Shown: positions 8,365-17,228, counted from the stretch's first letter. The stretch is DNA of 24,000 bases from an uncultured Spirochaetota bacterium (GCA_963710335.1 CAVQAA010000025.1:296993-320992); one strand, 5' to 3'. Notes: generated by a model not told the origin, from the sequence alone. Numbers and translations: made by a program.

Positions 8365-9894
8365 ATGAGCACACTGGCGTACTTCATTCTTCCTCTCGCC
8401 GGTTTATTTCTAGGTTGGCTAATTCGATGGCTTTACGCACGTTTTCAGCTTTCATCGGCAGAGCAAAGGGCAACAAGGATTGTCACGGAGGCCTTAAGAG
8501 AGGCGGAAGCAAAGAAGAAAGAGGCGATACTTGAGAGCAAAGACCAGCTCCTGCGGGAACGCAACCAGCTGGAAAAAGAGACGCGGGAGCGCAGAATCGA
8601 GCTCCAGCGAGTTGAGAGGCGCCTCCTTCAAAAAGAAGAAAACCTAGAAAAGCGCTTTGAATCCCTCGAAAAGCAGGAGAGGGTCGTCAGCAACCGGGAG
8701 AGGGGAACCGCCGAAAAAGAAGCGGCGTTGCAGCAGGAAGGCGAGCGGATAGCCGCTGAGTTGGAAAGGATATCGGGCCTCACCAGGGCGGAGGCCAAGA
8801 AGCTACTTGTACAGAGCCTCGAAAACGAGGCGCGGCACGACGCCCAGGTGACGATCAACGTCATTGAGCAGGAGGCCAGGCTCGCCGCTGACCGCAAAGC
8901 GCGGGACATCCTGGTCACGACCATTCAGCGACTGGCAACGGACGTCGCTTCCGAAGTAACGGTCACAACCGTGACTCTTCCCAACGATGAGATGAAGGGC
9001 CGCATCATCGGGAGGGAAGGGCGGAACATACGGACCCTGGAGACCCTGACGGGGGTTGATGTCATCATTGACGACACCCCGGAAGCCGTGGTCATCTCCT
9101 GCTTTGATCCCATCAGGCGGGAGATCGCGAAGACGGCGCTCAGCCGGTTGATTTCCGATGGTCGGATCCATCCCGCTCGAATCGAAGAGATCGTTCAGAA
9201 AGTCAGCAAGGAGATCGCCCAGACCATTTATGAAGAGGGCGAACGGGTCCTCTTCGAGGTCGGCATCCATACCATGAGCCCCGAGGCCATCAGGACCCTG
9301 GGCCGGTTGCATTACCGCACCAGCTACGGGCAGAACGTCCTTGCCCACTCCAAAGAGGTTGCGCTGATAGCCGGCATGATTGCAGCCGAGGTGGGGGGCA
9401 ACGTGGAGCTGGCAAAGCGCGCGGCGCTCCTGCACGACATCGGCAAAGGCGTCGAGGCTGACGGGGACGGCAACCACATCGAGGTCGGCATGGACCTTGC
9501 CCGCAAGCTCGGCGAAGACGCGCGCGTCATCAACGCCATCGGAGCGCACCACGGGGATGTGGAGCCGGAGAGCGTGGAGGCGGTCATCGTGCAGATCGCG
9601 GACGCAATCTCGGCCGCCCGGCCTGGCGCGCGCAAAGAGACTCTGGACAATTATCTCAAGCGACTGGAAAACCTCGAGTCGATTGCGGAGGATTTCGAAG
9701 GCGTCGACAAGGCGTATGCCATCCAGGCGGGTCGCGAGCTGCGCATTCTCGTGAACAACGAGAAAGTCAGCGACGACGCAGCCAAGGAGCTCGCGAAGGG
9801 CATTGCAAAACGCATCGAGACCGAGCTCAAGTACCCGGGCCGGATCAAGGTGACGATCATACGGGAGATGCGCGTCGTCGAGTACGCGCGCTGA
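8365..9894 (+). CDS. rny: Ribonuclease Y (N-terminal TM anchor, coiled coil, KH, HD domains)
   Basis: [23 protein letters not shown] is the TM anchor. It is followed by a KH motif ([26 protein letters not shown]) and an HD domain (LLHDIGKG...GAHHGD). I prefer ATG 8365 (GGAGG at 8355-8359) to the track's GTG 8353. Confidence 0.95.
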   Translation: MSTLAYFILPLAGLFLGWLIRWLYARFQLSSAEQRATRIVTEALREAEAKKKEAILESKDQLLRERNQLEKETRERRIELQRVERRLLQKEENLEKRFESLEKQERVVSNRERGTAEKEAALQQEGERIAAELERISGLTRAEAKKLLVQSLENEARHDAQVTINVIEQEARLAADRKARDILVTTIQRLATDVASEVTVTTVTLPNDEMKGRIIGREGRNIRTLETLTGVDVIIDDTPEAVVISCFDPIRREIAKTALSRLISDGRIHPARIEEIVQKVSKEIAQTIYEEGERVLFEVGIHTMSPEAIRTLGRLHYRTSYGQNVLAHSKEVALIAGMIAAEVGGNVELAKRAALLHDIGKGVEADGDGNHIEVGMDLARKLGEDARVINAIGAHHGDVEPESVEAVIVQIADAISAARPGARKETLDNYLKRLENLESIAEDFEGVDKAYAIQAGRELRILVNNEKVSDDAAKELAKGIAKRIETELKYPGRIKVTIIREMRVVEYAR

Positions 9895-9900
9895 GGCCGG

Positions 9901-10710
9901 GTGGGAACGAACCTGAGGGCCCTCGTCGTGGGTGACGTCGTCGGTCAACCCGGATGCAGGGCCCTTTTCGTCGGCCTGCCGGAGCTGGTGCGCAGGCTCG
10001 GCGCGGACCTTGTCATTGCGAACGGGGAGAACGCAGCTGACGGTTTCGGGCTCACTCCGGACATCGCCGAGCGCATGTTCAAGTCCGGCGTTCACGTCAT
10101 CACGTCGGGAAACCATATCTGGCAGAAACGCGATATATTTCCCGTTCTGAAAACGAATGACGTGCTGCTGCGTCCCGAGAACTATCCTGTCCTGGCCGGC
10201 GCTGACGCGATCCCGGGAAAGGGACACTGCATCGTCATGGCCCGGGACGTGCCGGTGCTCGTGATCAACCTGGAGGGGAGGGTCAACCTCTCTCCTCTGC
10301 GTGACCCTCTCCAGGTGGGCAGGTCGCTGCTGAAGCAGTTCCGTGGCAAGGCGCGCCTCTCCATCGTGGACTTCCATGCAGAATCCGTCGAGGAAAAAGA
10401 GGCGCTCGGAATGTACCTGGACGGCGAAGCGTCCGCAGTGGTCGGGACCCACACCCACGTGCAGACCGCGGATGAGAGGATCCTCTCCGGCGGCACGGCG
10501 TACATCACCGACATCGGGATGAGCGGGCCGGTTGACAGCGTCATTGGCATGAAAAAAGAGACGGCGGTGGCGCGAAGCCTCACGCAGATGCCGCTCAAGA
10601 TGGAAGTGCAGAACTCAGCCGCGGAAATCATGGGGGTCCTCATAGAGCTGGACCCGTCGAGCGGCAAAGCTGTGAGCATTGAAAGAGTGCGCCAGCTGTC
10701 GTCCGTGTGA
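9901..10710 (+). CDS. ymdB: YmdB-family metallophosphoesterase (2',3'-cyclic-nucleotide phosphodiesterase-like, TIGR00282 type)
   Basis: LRALVVGDVVGQPG...VIANGENAADGFGLTP...VITSGNHIW...VDFHAE...GTHTHVQTADERI are the calcineurin-like metal-binding motifs in YmdB order. It sits directly downstream of rny, as in Bacillus subtilis. GTG start. Confidence 0.9.
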   Translation: MGTNLRALVVGDVVGQPGCRALFVGLPELVRRLGADLVIANGENAADGFGLTPDIAERMFKSGVHVITSGNHIWQKRDIFPVLKTNDVLLRPENYPVLAGADAIPGKGHCIVMARDVPVLVINLEGRVNLSPLRDPLQVGRSLLKQFRGKARLSIVDFHAESVEEKEALGMYLDGEASAVVGTHTHVQTADERILSGGTAYITDIGMSGPVDSVIGMKKETAVARSLTQMPLKMEVQNSAAEIMGVLIELDPSSGKAVSIERVRQLSSV

Positions 10711-10711
10711 A

Positions 10712-11521
10712 ATGCCTCAGCGCCGGATTCCCCTCATTCAGCTTCTCAAATCCGCGTATCCGGCAAAACCCGAGAATGAGCTATTTGCGCTGATCCTGCG
10801 CGGAGATGTCCGGGTGGACGGAGAGCCGGTGGAAAAACCCGGCGCCCCCGTTGACAGCGGCTCCAGCATCAGCCTGCGCGACAATCCCCCGTATGCATCC
10901 CGGGGCGGTGAAAAGCTGGCGTACGCCCTGGAGGCATGGAAGGTCGGATGTCAGGGGTTGGTGTGGATCGACGCCGGCTGCTCGACCGGCGGGTTCACCG
11001 ACTGCCTTCTTTCCCACGGCGCGTTGGTGGTCCATGCCATCGACGTTGGAACGAACCAGCTGGACTGGCGGCTTCGCAGGGACGCCCGCGTGCTGGCAAG
11101 GGAAGGGACCAACATCATGCACGTCCGGCCGGGCCAGCTTGTCCCAGCGCCGCACAGCGCCGTGGCGGACCTGTCTTTCCGCTCGCTGCGCCGTGCCGCC
11201 TCCCACATCCTGGGGCTCACCAGTGAGGGTTGGGGCATCTTCCTGGTCAAACCTCAGTTCGAGTGGTCACGCCCGTCCAAGGAGTTTCGAGGCGTGGTGC
11301 GGGATCCTGGTACCGTGGTATCGATCGTCCAGGAGCTCGTCAGCGGGCTTGCGACTGAAGAGGTTTGCGTCGAAAAAGCCCTGGTGTCGCCTGTTCGCGG
11401 CAGAAAGGGAAACAGGGAGCTCCTCTTTCTCCTGCGGTCAGGGAAAAAGCATCGGGGTGACGTCTCACCTCGCGGCCTTGAGAAGATCATCTTTGACGGC
11501 TGGGGCCAGGATCTGCCCTAG
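10712..11521 (+). CDS. tlyA: TlyA-family rRNA 2'-O-methyltransferase (so-called hemolysin A): S4-like domain plus FtsJ-like methyltransferase domain
   Basis: PYASRGGEKLAYALEAWKV...VWIDAGCSTGGFTDCLLSHGALVVHAIDVGTNQLDWRLRRDARV matches TlyA signatures. ATG 10712 is 1 nt after the ymdB stop. The track's TTG at 10679 would overlap ymdB. Confidence 0.88.
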   Translation: MPQRRIPLIQLLKSAYPAKPENELFALILRGDVRVDGEPVEKPGAPVDSGSSISLRDNPPYASRGGEKLAYALEAWKVGCQGLVWIDAGCSTGGFTDCLLSHGALVVHAIDVGTNQLDWRLRRDARVLAREGTNIMHVRPGQLVPAPHSAVADLSFRSLRRAASHILGLTSEGWGIFLVKPQFEWSRPSKEFRGVVRDPGTVVSIVQELVSGLATEEVCVEKALVSPVRGRKGNRELLFLLRSGKKHRGDVSPRGLEKIIFDGWGQDLP

Positions 11522-12303
11522 AACGAGCTTCGGGACAACGGCTGGCTGATGCTCACCCCTTCGGTTCCCAGGTAGTCGACCTTTTTCCCTTCGATGAGAA
11601 ACTGCACCCTTTTGACTGTTGGAAACTCCGTGGCCGCGTACACCACCTGGCGAAGCTGCGCTTTCATACCGTCAATCCCCAGGGAGTTGAACCGGAAGCT
11701 CTCGCTGAAATCCACGTAAGCGGTGTCTCCCCGGACTGTCACTCCGCGAAGTGCCGTGCCTGTCGGGATCATCGTGAGAAGGCCGAGGTTGATCTCCTGG
11801 GACGTCGGGCCTTTGAGGAGCGTCTCCAGGGCGTCTTTCAGCGGCGAGTCACTCTGGGGAATCGGGCGTATGACCCCTTTCATGAAGATGTTCCCGTTCT
11901 GATCGACTGAAAGGAAGAACAGGCGAGTCTTGCGCAGGACCGGTCTCTCTTCGGTCTGGGTGGTGATGGGGGGCCGGGTCACCGTCACAACCCTGTCTCC
12001 GGGGGCTGCCGGCGGCCTGCCTTGCGTCTGCGGGGTCTGTCCGCTGACGGGCGGGTTCCCCGCGTCCCGGGCCGGAGGGACATTCGCATCTGACAGAGGT
12101 TTGACCGTGACCTGGGGCGTTGTCCGGCTGGAGCCGGACGGCGTTCCTTTGCCCACAAGGCGAGTGAACGTGTCTGCAATCTGGGCGCGCGCGACATACC
12201 CCACCGCTACAATGATGGCCAGCAGGCACAGCCAGAAGAGGCAGCCGATGCCGCGGCTTCGAAGAGAAGATGAGCGGGTGCGCGAGGTCTTCTTTGTTGC
12301 CAT
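11518..12303 (-). CDS. GerMN-domain membrane-anchored protein
   Basis: N-terminal basic stretch plus TM (GIGCLFWLCLLAIIVAVGYVA), then a Pro/Thr-rich linker. The C-terminal region is typical of GerMN (LFFLSVDQNGN...PLKDALETLLKGPTSQE...GDTAYVDFSESF...VYAATEFPTVKRVQFLIEGKKV). I prefer ATG at 12303 (GAAGG upstream) to GTG at 12315. Confidence 0.85.
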   Translation of the reverse strand: MATKKTSRTRSSSLRSRGIGCLFWLCLLAIIVAVGYVARAQIADTFTRLVGKGTPSGSSRTTPQVTVKPLSDANVPPARDAGNPPVSGQTPQTQGRPPAAPGDRVVTVTRPPITTQTEERPVLRKTRLFFLSVDQNGNIFMKGVIRPIPQSDSPLKDALETLLKGPTSQEINLGLLTMIPTGTALRGVTVRGDTAYVDFSESFRFNSLGIDGMKAQLRQVVYAATEFPTVKRVQFLIEGKKVDYLGTEGVSISQPLSRSSF

Positions 12304-12331
12304 TTCCGCCTTCACTTAATGATCGGTTTGT

Positions 12332-12360
12332 TTGACAGGCCCATTGAATAACGCTATACT
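12332..12360 (+). promoter_or_regulatory. Candidate strong sigma70-type promoter for ptsI: TTGACA (12332-12337), 17 bp spacer, TATACT (12355-12360)
   Basis: Perfect -35, optimal spacer and a 5/6 -10. The -10 ends 8 nt before ATG 12369, with no SD in between. Confidence 0.65.
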
Positions 12361-12368
12361 CTCGCCGC

Positions 12369-14090
12369 ATGATGGAGTTCGTTGGGATCAGCGCCTCACC
12401 CGGCATTGCCCGAGGCAGGGCGTTCCTGTTCCTTGACGACAAGCTCACGGTACCTCGGCACCACATCGAAGCCTCGCAGGTCGAATACGAGTATGGAAGG
12501 TTCCTCACGGCGCTCATCAAGGCGGCCGAAGAGGTGAAGGGCCTCGCTCGGGGACGAAACGCCAAGCTCTTCGATGCCCAGATACTCATGTTCGACGACC
12601 CGGAGCTCAAGAGCAGGGTCCGAAGCGCGCTGGAAGACCAGCAGCGCAACGTGGAGTGGGTGCTCCTCCAGATCATCGAGGAAATGTCGCAGAAGCTCGA
12701 GTTGGCGGACAGCCAATACCTTCGCGAACGAACGGTGGACTTCAGCGATGCGGGAAACAGGATACTGGGCCATCTCCTTTTTCGGCCCAAAGTCCAGCTC
12801 TCCGATGTCAAAAGCGAAGTCATCCTCGTCACCCACAACCTCATGCCGTCGGACACGCTGGGACTTGACCGCAAGGTCGTGCTGGGCATTGCGGCGGACG
12901 TCGGCGGGAAGACCTCCCACACGGCCATTCTGGCGAGGTCCAGCGAGATCCCCGCGGTCCTGGGGCTCTCCGACATCAGCCGGCACGTCAAATCGGGAGA
13001 CGAGGTCATTGTCGACGGGATACGCGGCACGGTCATCGTGGAGCCGGACGATCTCACGCGGGACCTGTACGACGAGCGGAGGAAGGACTGGCAGCGCAAG
13101 TACGTCATCCTGAAGGAGTTGCGGGAGCTGCCCGCGGAGACCGTGGACGGAAAGCTCGTCTCCATAGAGGCGAACATCGAGCTGCCGGAAGAAGTGGATT
13201 CGGTTCTCACGCACGGTGGGGACGGGATCGGGCTGTTTCGATCCGAGTTCCTTTTTCTCCAGCCCAATCGCTTCCCGTCGGAAGAGGACCAGTACCAGGC
13301 ATACAGCACGGTGTTGAAGGCCATGCGCGGAAAGAGCGTGACCATCAGGACGCTGGACCTAGGCGGGGACAAGATAATGCCGGGCTTCTCCCTGGATTCG
13401 GATGCGAACCCCCTCCTGGGGTGGCGCGCAATCCGATTCTGCCTTGCCAAGCCGGACATCTTCCGCACCCAGCTACGCGCCTTGCTGCGTTCGTCGGTGA
13501 ATGGAAACCTTCGCATCATGTTTCCCTTGATATCGGGGGCAGAGGAGCTTTCCCGGATCGTCGAGACCCTGGCGCAGGTGAAGGCGGAGCTGCGCCGGGA
13601 GAATGTCCAGTTCCGGGAGGAGATCCCCATCGGGATCATGATCGAGGTGCCCTCCGCGGCGCTGTCCTCCGACATTCTTGCCGCGCAGGCGGACTTCTTC
13701 TCGATCGGAACGAATGACCTCATCCAGTACACCCTGGCGGTGGACCGGGGCAATGAGCGCGTGGCGTACCTGTATGAGCCGTTTCATCCGGGCGTGCTTC
13801 GCCTCATCCGCACCACAATCGAAAACGCCCACGCGCGCGGCCTGCCCGTGGGGATGTGCGGTGAAATGGCGGGAGACCCGCTGGCCACGGTGGTCTTGCT
13901 GGGGCTCGGCCTGGACAGCTTCTCCATGGGCCCTATTGCCATCCCGCTCATCAAGAGGATCATACGCTCGGTGGGAGTCATGGAGGCTGAGGCCTTTGCC
14001 CGGAGCCTCGTGCCAATGAGCTCGGCAGCGCAGATAGAGCAGGCCGCGCGACGGTGGATGGAGGAGCGGCTTGATTTCTTCTCGTGGTAA
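12369..14090 (+). CDS. ptsI: Phosphoenolpyruvate-protein phosphotransferase (PTS Enzyme I)
   Basis: 573 aa. Phospho-His region GGKTSHTAILARS, PEP-utilising TIM-barrel motifs (GIGLFRSEFLF, IGTNDLIQYTLAVDRGN, CGEMAGDP). Confidence 0.96.
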   Translation: MMEFVGISASPGIARGRAFLFLDDKLTVPRHHIEASQVEYEYGRFLTALIKAAEEVKGLARGRNAKLFDAQILMFDDPELKSRVRSALEDQQRNVEWVLLQIIEEMSQKLELADSQYLRERTVDFSDAGNRILGHLLFRPKVQLSDVKSEVILVTHNLMPSDTLGLDRKVVLGIAADVGGKTSHTAILARSSEIPAVLGLSDISRHVKSGDEVIVDGIRGTVIVEPDDLTRDLYDERRKDWQRKYVILKELRELPAETVDGKLVSIEANIELPEEVDSVLTHGGDGIGLFRSEFLFLQPNRFPSEEDQYQAYSTVLKAMRGKSVTIRTLDLGGDKIMPGFSLDSDANPLLGWRAIRFCLAKPDIFRTQLRALLRSSVNGNLRIMFPLISGAEELSRIVETLAQVKAELRRENVQFREEIPIGIMIEVPSAALSSDILAAQADFFSIGTNDLIQYTLAVDRGNERVAYLYEPFHPGVLRLIRTTIENAHARGLPVGMCGEMAGDPLATVVLLGLGLDSFSMGPIAIPLIKRIIRSVGVMEAEAFARSLVPMSSAAQIEQAARRWMEERLDFFSW

Positions 14091-15465
14091 CGCACGGCCG
14101 GGCCGCCGCTCCCCGGCATCCCTTCCCCGAATCGCCATCCTGGGAAGACCAAATGTCGGCAAATCATCTCTTTTCAATGCGTTGCTCGGCCGACGCCGGT
14201 CGATCACCCACTCGAATCCGGGGGTGACGCGGGACCCCGTGGAAGAGGCCTGCACCCTCGGCGGCATCCGTGCGCTCCTCATTGACACCGGCGGATTTGC
14301 CCCCGAGGGGGAGGCCATTGACCGCGTTGTTTCCGGGCGGAGCCTTGCAACCGCCCGCGCAGCGGATCTCATCCTGCTGGTGCTGGACGCGGCTGAGACG
14401 ACTCCGGAGGATGAGGACTTCATGAGCCTGCTTCGCCCGCTCTCGGACAAGCTCCTCCTGGTGGTCAATAAAGTGGACACCCCGGACAGGGATTCCCTTG
14501 TCTGGAACGCGCATTCCTATGGTTTCCCGCGGGTCATCGGCGTATCCGCGGCGCATGGCAGGAACCTGCCCGAAATCAAGGAGCTGATTGCAGCTCTGCT
14601 GGAGGAGCGGGCTTCCGAGCTCAAGACAACGGACCGGGAGACCCCGGAACCGCAGGGCGAAGCCGTGCGGATTGCCATCCTGGGTAAGCCCAACACCGGG
14701 AAGTCCAGCCTTGCGAACCGGCTCACCGGGGATGATCGCTCCATCGTGTCGCCGGTGCCGGGCACCACCCGGGACGTGGTGCAGGCGCGGTTCGAGCACC
14801 GGGGCCGGGCATTCGACATCCTGGACACCGCCGGCATCAGACGCAAGAGCCGGGTGACGGATGCAGTGGAGTACTATTCCGTCAATCGCGCCATTGAGAG
14901 CATTGAGCGGGCCGACCTGGTGTTCCTGATGATCGATGCCACGCAAGGGCTGGTTGACCAGGACAAGAAGATCGCCGGGCAAGCCCTTAAAGAAGGCCGG
15001 GGGATCGTGATTGTGCCCAGCAAGTGGGACCTCCTGGGGAAAGCGCCGGACCTCGTTGCCCGGGTGAGCGACCAGCTGAGATTCCAGTTCCCCGTGCTCG
15101 GCTTTGCGCCGATTGCGCCAATTTCCTCTCTTACCGGGTACGGCATTCGCGCGCTCCTTGACACGGCGATCTCCGTGTGGGACCAGCTCCATCGGCGTGT
15201 CACCACCGGGCGCCTGAACTCCGCCCTGGAATCGTGGATGGAACACTATCCCCTTCCCGGGCGCGGGAAGTACAAGATCCGGTTTGCAACCCAGGTCGGC
15301 TCCAATCCCATACAGTTCGTGATCTTCGTGAACCGGCCCCTCGGATTCCCCGCCTCATACATCTCGTATCTGGAAAACTGCATCCGCAGGGACCTGGGAT
15401 TCCCCCAGGTCCCCATCGCCGTCGAGGTCCGAAAAAGCGGGAAGACCGACCCGCGCGGCAGGTGA
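14071..15465 (+). CDS. der: Ribosome-associated GTPase Der/EngA (tandem GTPase domains plus KH-like domain)
   Basis: Two P-loops (GRPNVGKSSLFN and GKPNTGKSSLAN), with DTGG/DTAG and NKVD/SKWD motifs. TTG 14071 is the only plausible in-frame start upstream of the first P-loop and is preceded by GGAGGAG at 14060-14066. It overlaps ptsI by 20 nt. Confidence 0.9.
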   Translation: MISSRGNARPGRRSPASLPRIAILGRPNVGKSSLFNALLGRRRSITHSNPGVTRDPVEEACTLGGIRALLIDTGGFAPEGEAIDRVVSGRSLATARAADLILLVLDAAETTPEDEDFMSLLRPLSDKLLLVVNKVDTPDRDSLVWNAHSYGFPRVIGVSAAHGRNLPEIKELIAALLEERASELKTTDRETPEPQGEAVRIAILGKPNTGKSSLANRLTGDDRSIVSPVPGTTRDVVQARFEHRGRAFDILDTAGIRRKSRVTDAVEYYSVNRAIESIERADLVFLMIDATQGLVDQDKKIAGQALKEGRGIVIVPSKWDLLGKAPDLVARVSDQLRFQFPVLGFAPIAPISSLTGYGIRALLDTAISVWDQLHRRVTTGRLNSALESWMEHYPLPGRGKYKIRFATQVGSNPIQFVIFVNRPLGFPASYISYLENCIRRDLGFPQVPIAVEVRKSGKTDPRGR

Positions 15466-15470
15466 GGCCG

Positions 15471-17228
15471 ATGAAATCGTGGAGCATCGGCGAGGTGGCG
15501 CGGTTTCTCGGGGTCAAGCCGTATATCCTGCGCTACTGGGAAGGCGAGCTTCCCCTGCTCTCGCCGCGCAAGGGGTTATCGGGGCGGCGCGAGTATTCCA
15601 GCCGCGAAATACGCCTCCTCATGAGGTTCCGCTACCTCCTCCATGAGAAAAAGTTCACGATCGAAGGGGCCAAGCGGCGAATGTGGGAGGAGCTGGGAGC
15701 CGGAGAGCAGAATGTGGCTGCGCGGTTCGACGAGGTGCGGGCCGACCTTGTCGAGGCTCTCATGACGCTTCAGCGCGGCAGGGCAGCGGGCCCGGAAGGG
15801 CCCTCTGACGAGGGTTGCAACAGCAACGTCGAGGGAAAAAAAATGACGGAAAAGGAGATCAGGGAGGCGTGCGAGGCAAACGGGCAGGAGCACTTGTTTG
15901 CTCATTGGGACGCCCGGCCCGCCGCTATGAAACAGAAGCTGCTTTCCGATCTTGCCGCACTGGACTTCGGCAGGCTGGATGAGCTTCGGAGCCGACTGCG
16001 CGAGCCGCCGGCAGCGACCGTGACTGACGTTCCCGTCCCTGCCCCTTACATTCCAATCTCCCTCAGCGCATCAGACCATGCCGCGCGGGAAATCGGTGAG
16101 GACCTGATCCGGCGCGGGAAGACGGCTATTCTCACCGTGGCGGGCGGGCAGGGGTCACGCCTGGGTTTTGACGGGCCCAAGGGAATGTTCCCCATAAGCC
16201 CCCTGCGCAAGCTGACCCTTTTTGCCCTTCACGCGGAGAAGCTCCTTGCGGCCCGCAGGTGGTACGGGGCGGAGATACCCTGGCTCATCATGACCAGCCC
16301 GTCCAACCGTGCTGAAACGGAGGAGTACTTCCGCCGGGAGGACTGGTTCGGGCTGGGCAGCGGATCTGTCCTCCTTTTCTCCCAGGGGACCCTGCCATCA
16401 CTGTCCCCGCAGGGCAGCCTCCTGATGGCGCCGGACGGCGGGCTTTTTGTCAACCCGAACGGTCATGGAGGCGTCGTCAGCGCTCTTACGGACTCGAGGG
16501 TCATTCAGGAAATCCGTGACAGGGGAATTGAAGAGCTGTTCCATTTCCAGGTGGACAACCCCCTGGTGCGCGTGCCGGACCCCGTTTTTCTGGGGTTTCA
16601 CCGCAAGGAAAGCTCGGAGATCTCGTCGAAAGTCATCGAAAAGGCCTATCCCGAAGAGAAGCTCGGCGTCATTGCCCTTGTTCGGGAAAAGCCATGCGTG
16701 ATCGAGTATTCCGACTTCGACGAGCAGTTGATGAGTTCCCGGGGGCCGGACGGGAAGCTTGCTTTCCCCCAGGGCTCGATTGCCATCCACGTGCTCAACG
16801 TGGATTTCCTGTCCCGAACCGGCAGGTCGCTTCCTTTGCATATTGCGCGGAAGAAGGTGAAGGCCCTCAAACCCACGCACGAAGGAACCGAAATTGGAGA
16901 GGAAGACGCCGTGAAGATGGAGATGTTCATTTTCGACGCGATCCCGATGGCGGGAAAGGCGATCTTCTTCGAGACGGAGCGCATCGAGGAGTTCGCGCCG
17001 CTGAAGAATCGCGAGGGTCTTGATTCCATCGAGACGTGCGTTCGCGGACAGATCGAGAAGGCCGCCAGATGGCTGTCCGCATGCGGTGTCGAGGTGCCGC
17101 GGGACGGCAATGGCAGGTCTCTGCATGCCATCGAGATCAGCGCGCTCTTTGCCTGGGACCGGCAGGTGCTGGCTGCGAAACGCGGGAGCCTCAAGGACAG
17201 GATTGATGAAGACACGCTTCTTGCATAG
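15471..17228 (+). CDS. Single ORF fusing an N-terminal MerR-family HTH domain (about aa 1-124) to a UDPGP-family UDP-sugar / UDP-GlcNAc pyrophosphorylase-like enzyme (from internal ATG 15843)
   Basis: MerR HTH: WSIGEVARFLGVKPYILRYWEGE...GRREYSSREIRLLMRFRYLL. Enzyme part: GQEHLFAHWD..., LTVAGGQGSRLGFDGPKGMFPI, NPNGHGG, FQVDNPL. There is no stop between the two parts. The internal ATG 15843 has its own GAGGG SD. The track start at 15177 is an extension inside der. Confidence 0.8.
   Translation: MKSWSIGEVARFLGVKPYILRYWEGELPLLSPRKGLSGRREYSSREIRLLMRFRYLLHEKKFTIEGAKRRMWEELGAGEQNVAARFDEVRADLVEALMTLQRGRAAGPEGPSDEGCNSNVEGKKMTEKEIREACEANGQEHLFAHWDARPAAMKQKLLSDLAALDFGRLDELRSRLREPPAATVTDVPVPAPYIPISLSASDHAAREIGEDLIRRGKTAILTVAGGQGSRLGFDGPKGMFPISPLRKLTLFALHAEKLLAARRWYGAEIPWLIMTSPSNRAETEEYFRREDWFGLGSGSVLLFSQGTLPSLSPQGSLLMAPDGGLFVNPNGHGGVVSALTDSRVIQEIRDRGIEELFHFQVDNPLVRVPDPVFLGFHRKESSEISSKVIEKAYPEEKLGVIALVREKPCVIEYSDFDEQLMSSRGPDGKLAFPQGSIAIHVLNVDFLSRTGRSLPLHIARKKVKALKPTHEGTEIGEEDAVKMEMFIFDAIPMAGKAIFFETERIEEFAPLKNREGLDSIETCVRGQIEKAARWLSACGVEVPRDGNGRSLHAIEISALFAWDRQVLAAKRGSLKDRIDEDTLLA
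15836..15843 (+). repeat. A8 homopolymer at the MerR/pyrophosphorylase junction
   Basis: Read directly: GAGGG AAAAAAAA TGACGG. The last A is the first base of the internal ATG. With 7 A the upstream frame would end at TGA, overlapping that ATG as ATGA. Confidence 0.95.

Noticed and set aside
8803-10458. 551-aa minus-strand ORF
   Set aside because: It is antisense to rny and ymdB, spans their junction, and has no recognisable motifs. It is a GC-rich shadow ORF.
12304-12368. Minus-strand promoter for the GerMN gene in the divergent gap
   Set aside because: Only weak candidates were found (for example TTCAAT-18-GATCAT on the minus strand). That is not good enough to call.
11849-13753. 634-aa minus-strand ORF
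   Set aside because: It is antisense to ptsI, whose identity is unambiguous, and it even runs across the divergent promoter gap. The Ser/Arg/Pro-rich composition is the mirror image of GC3-biased coding on the other strand. It is a shadow ORF.
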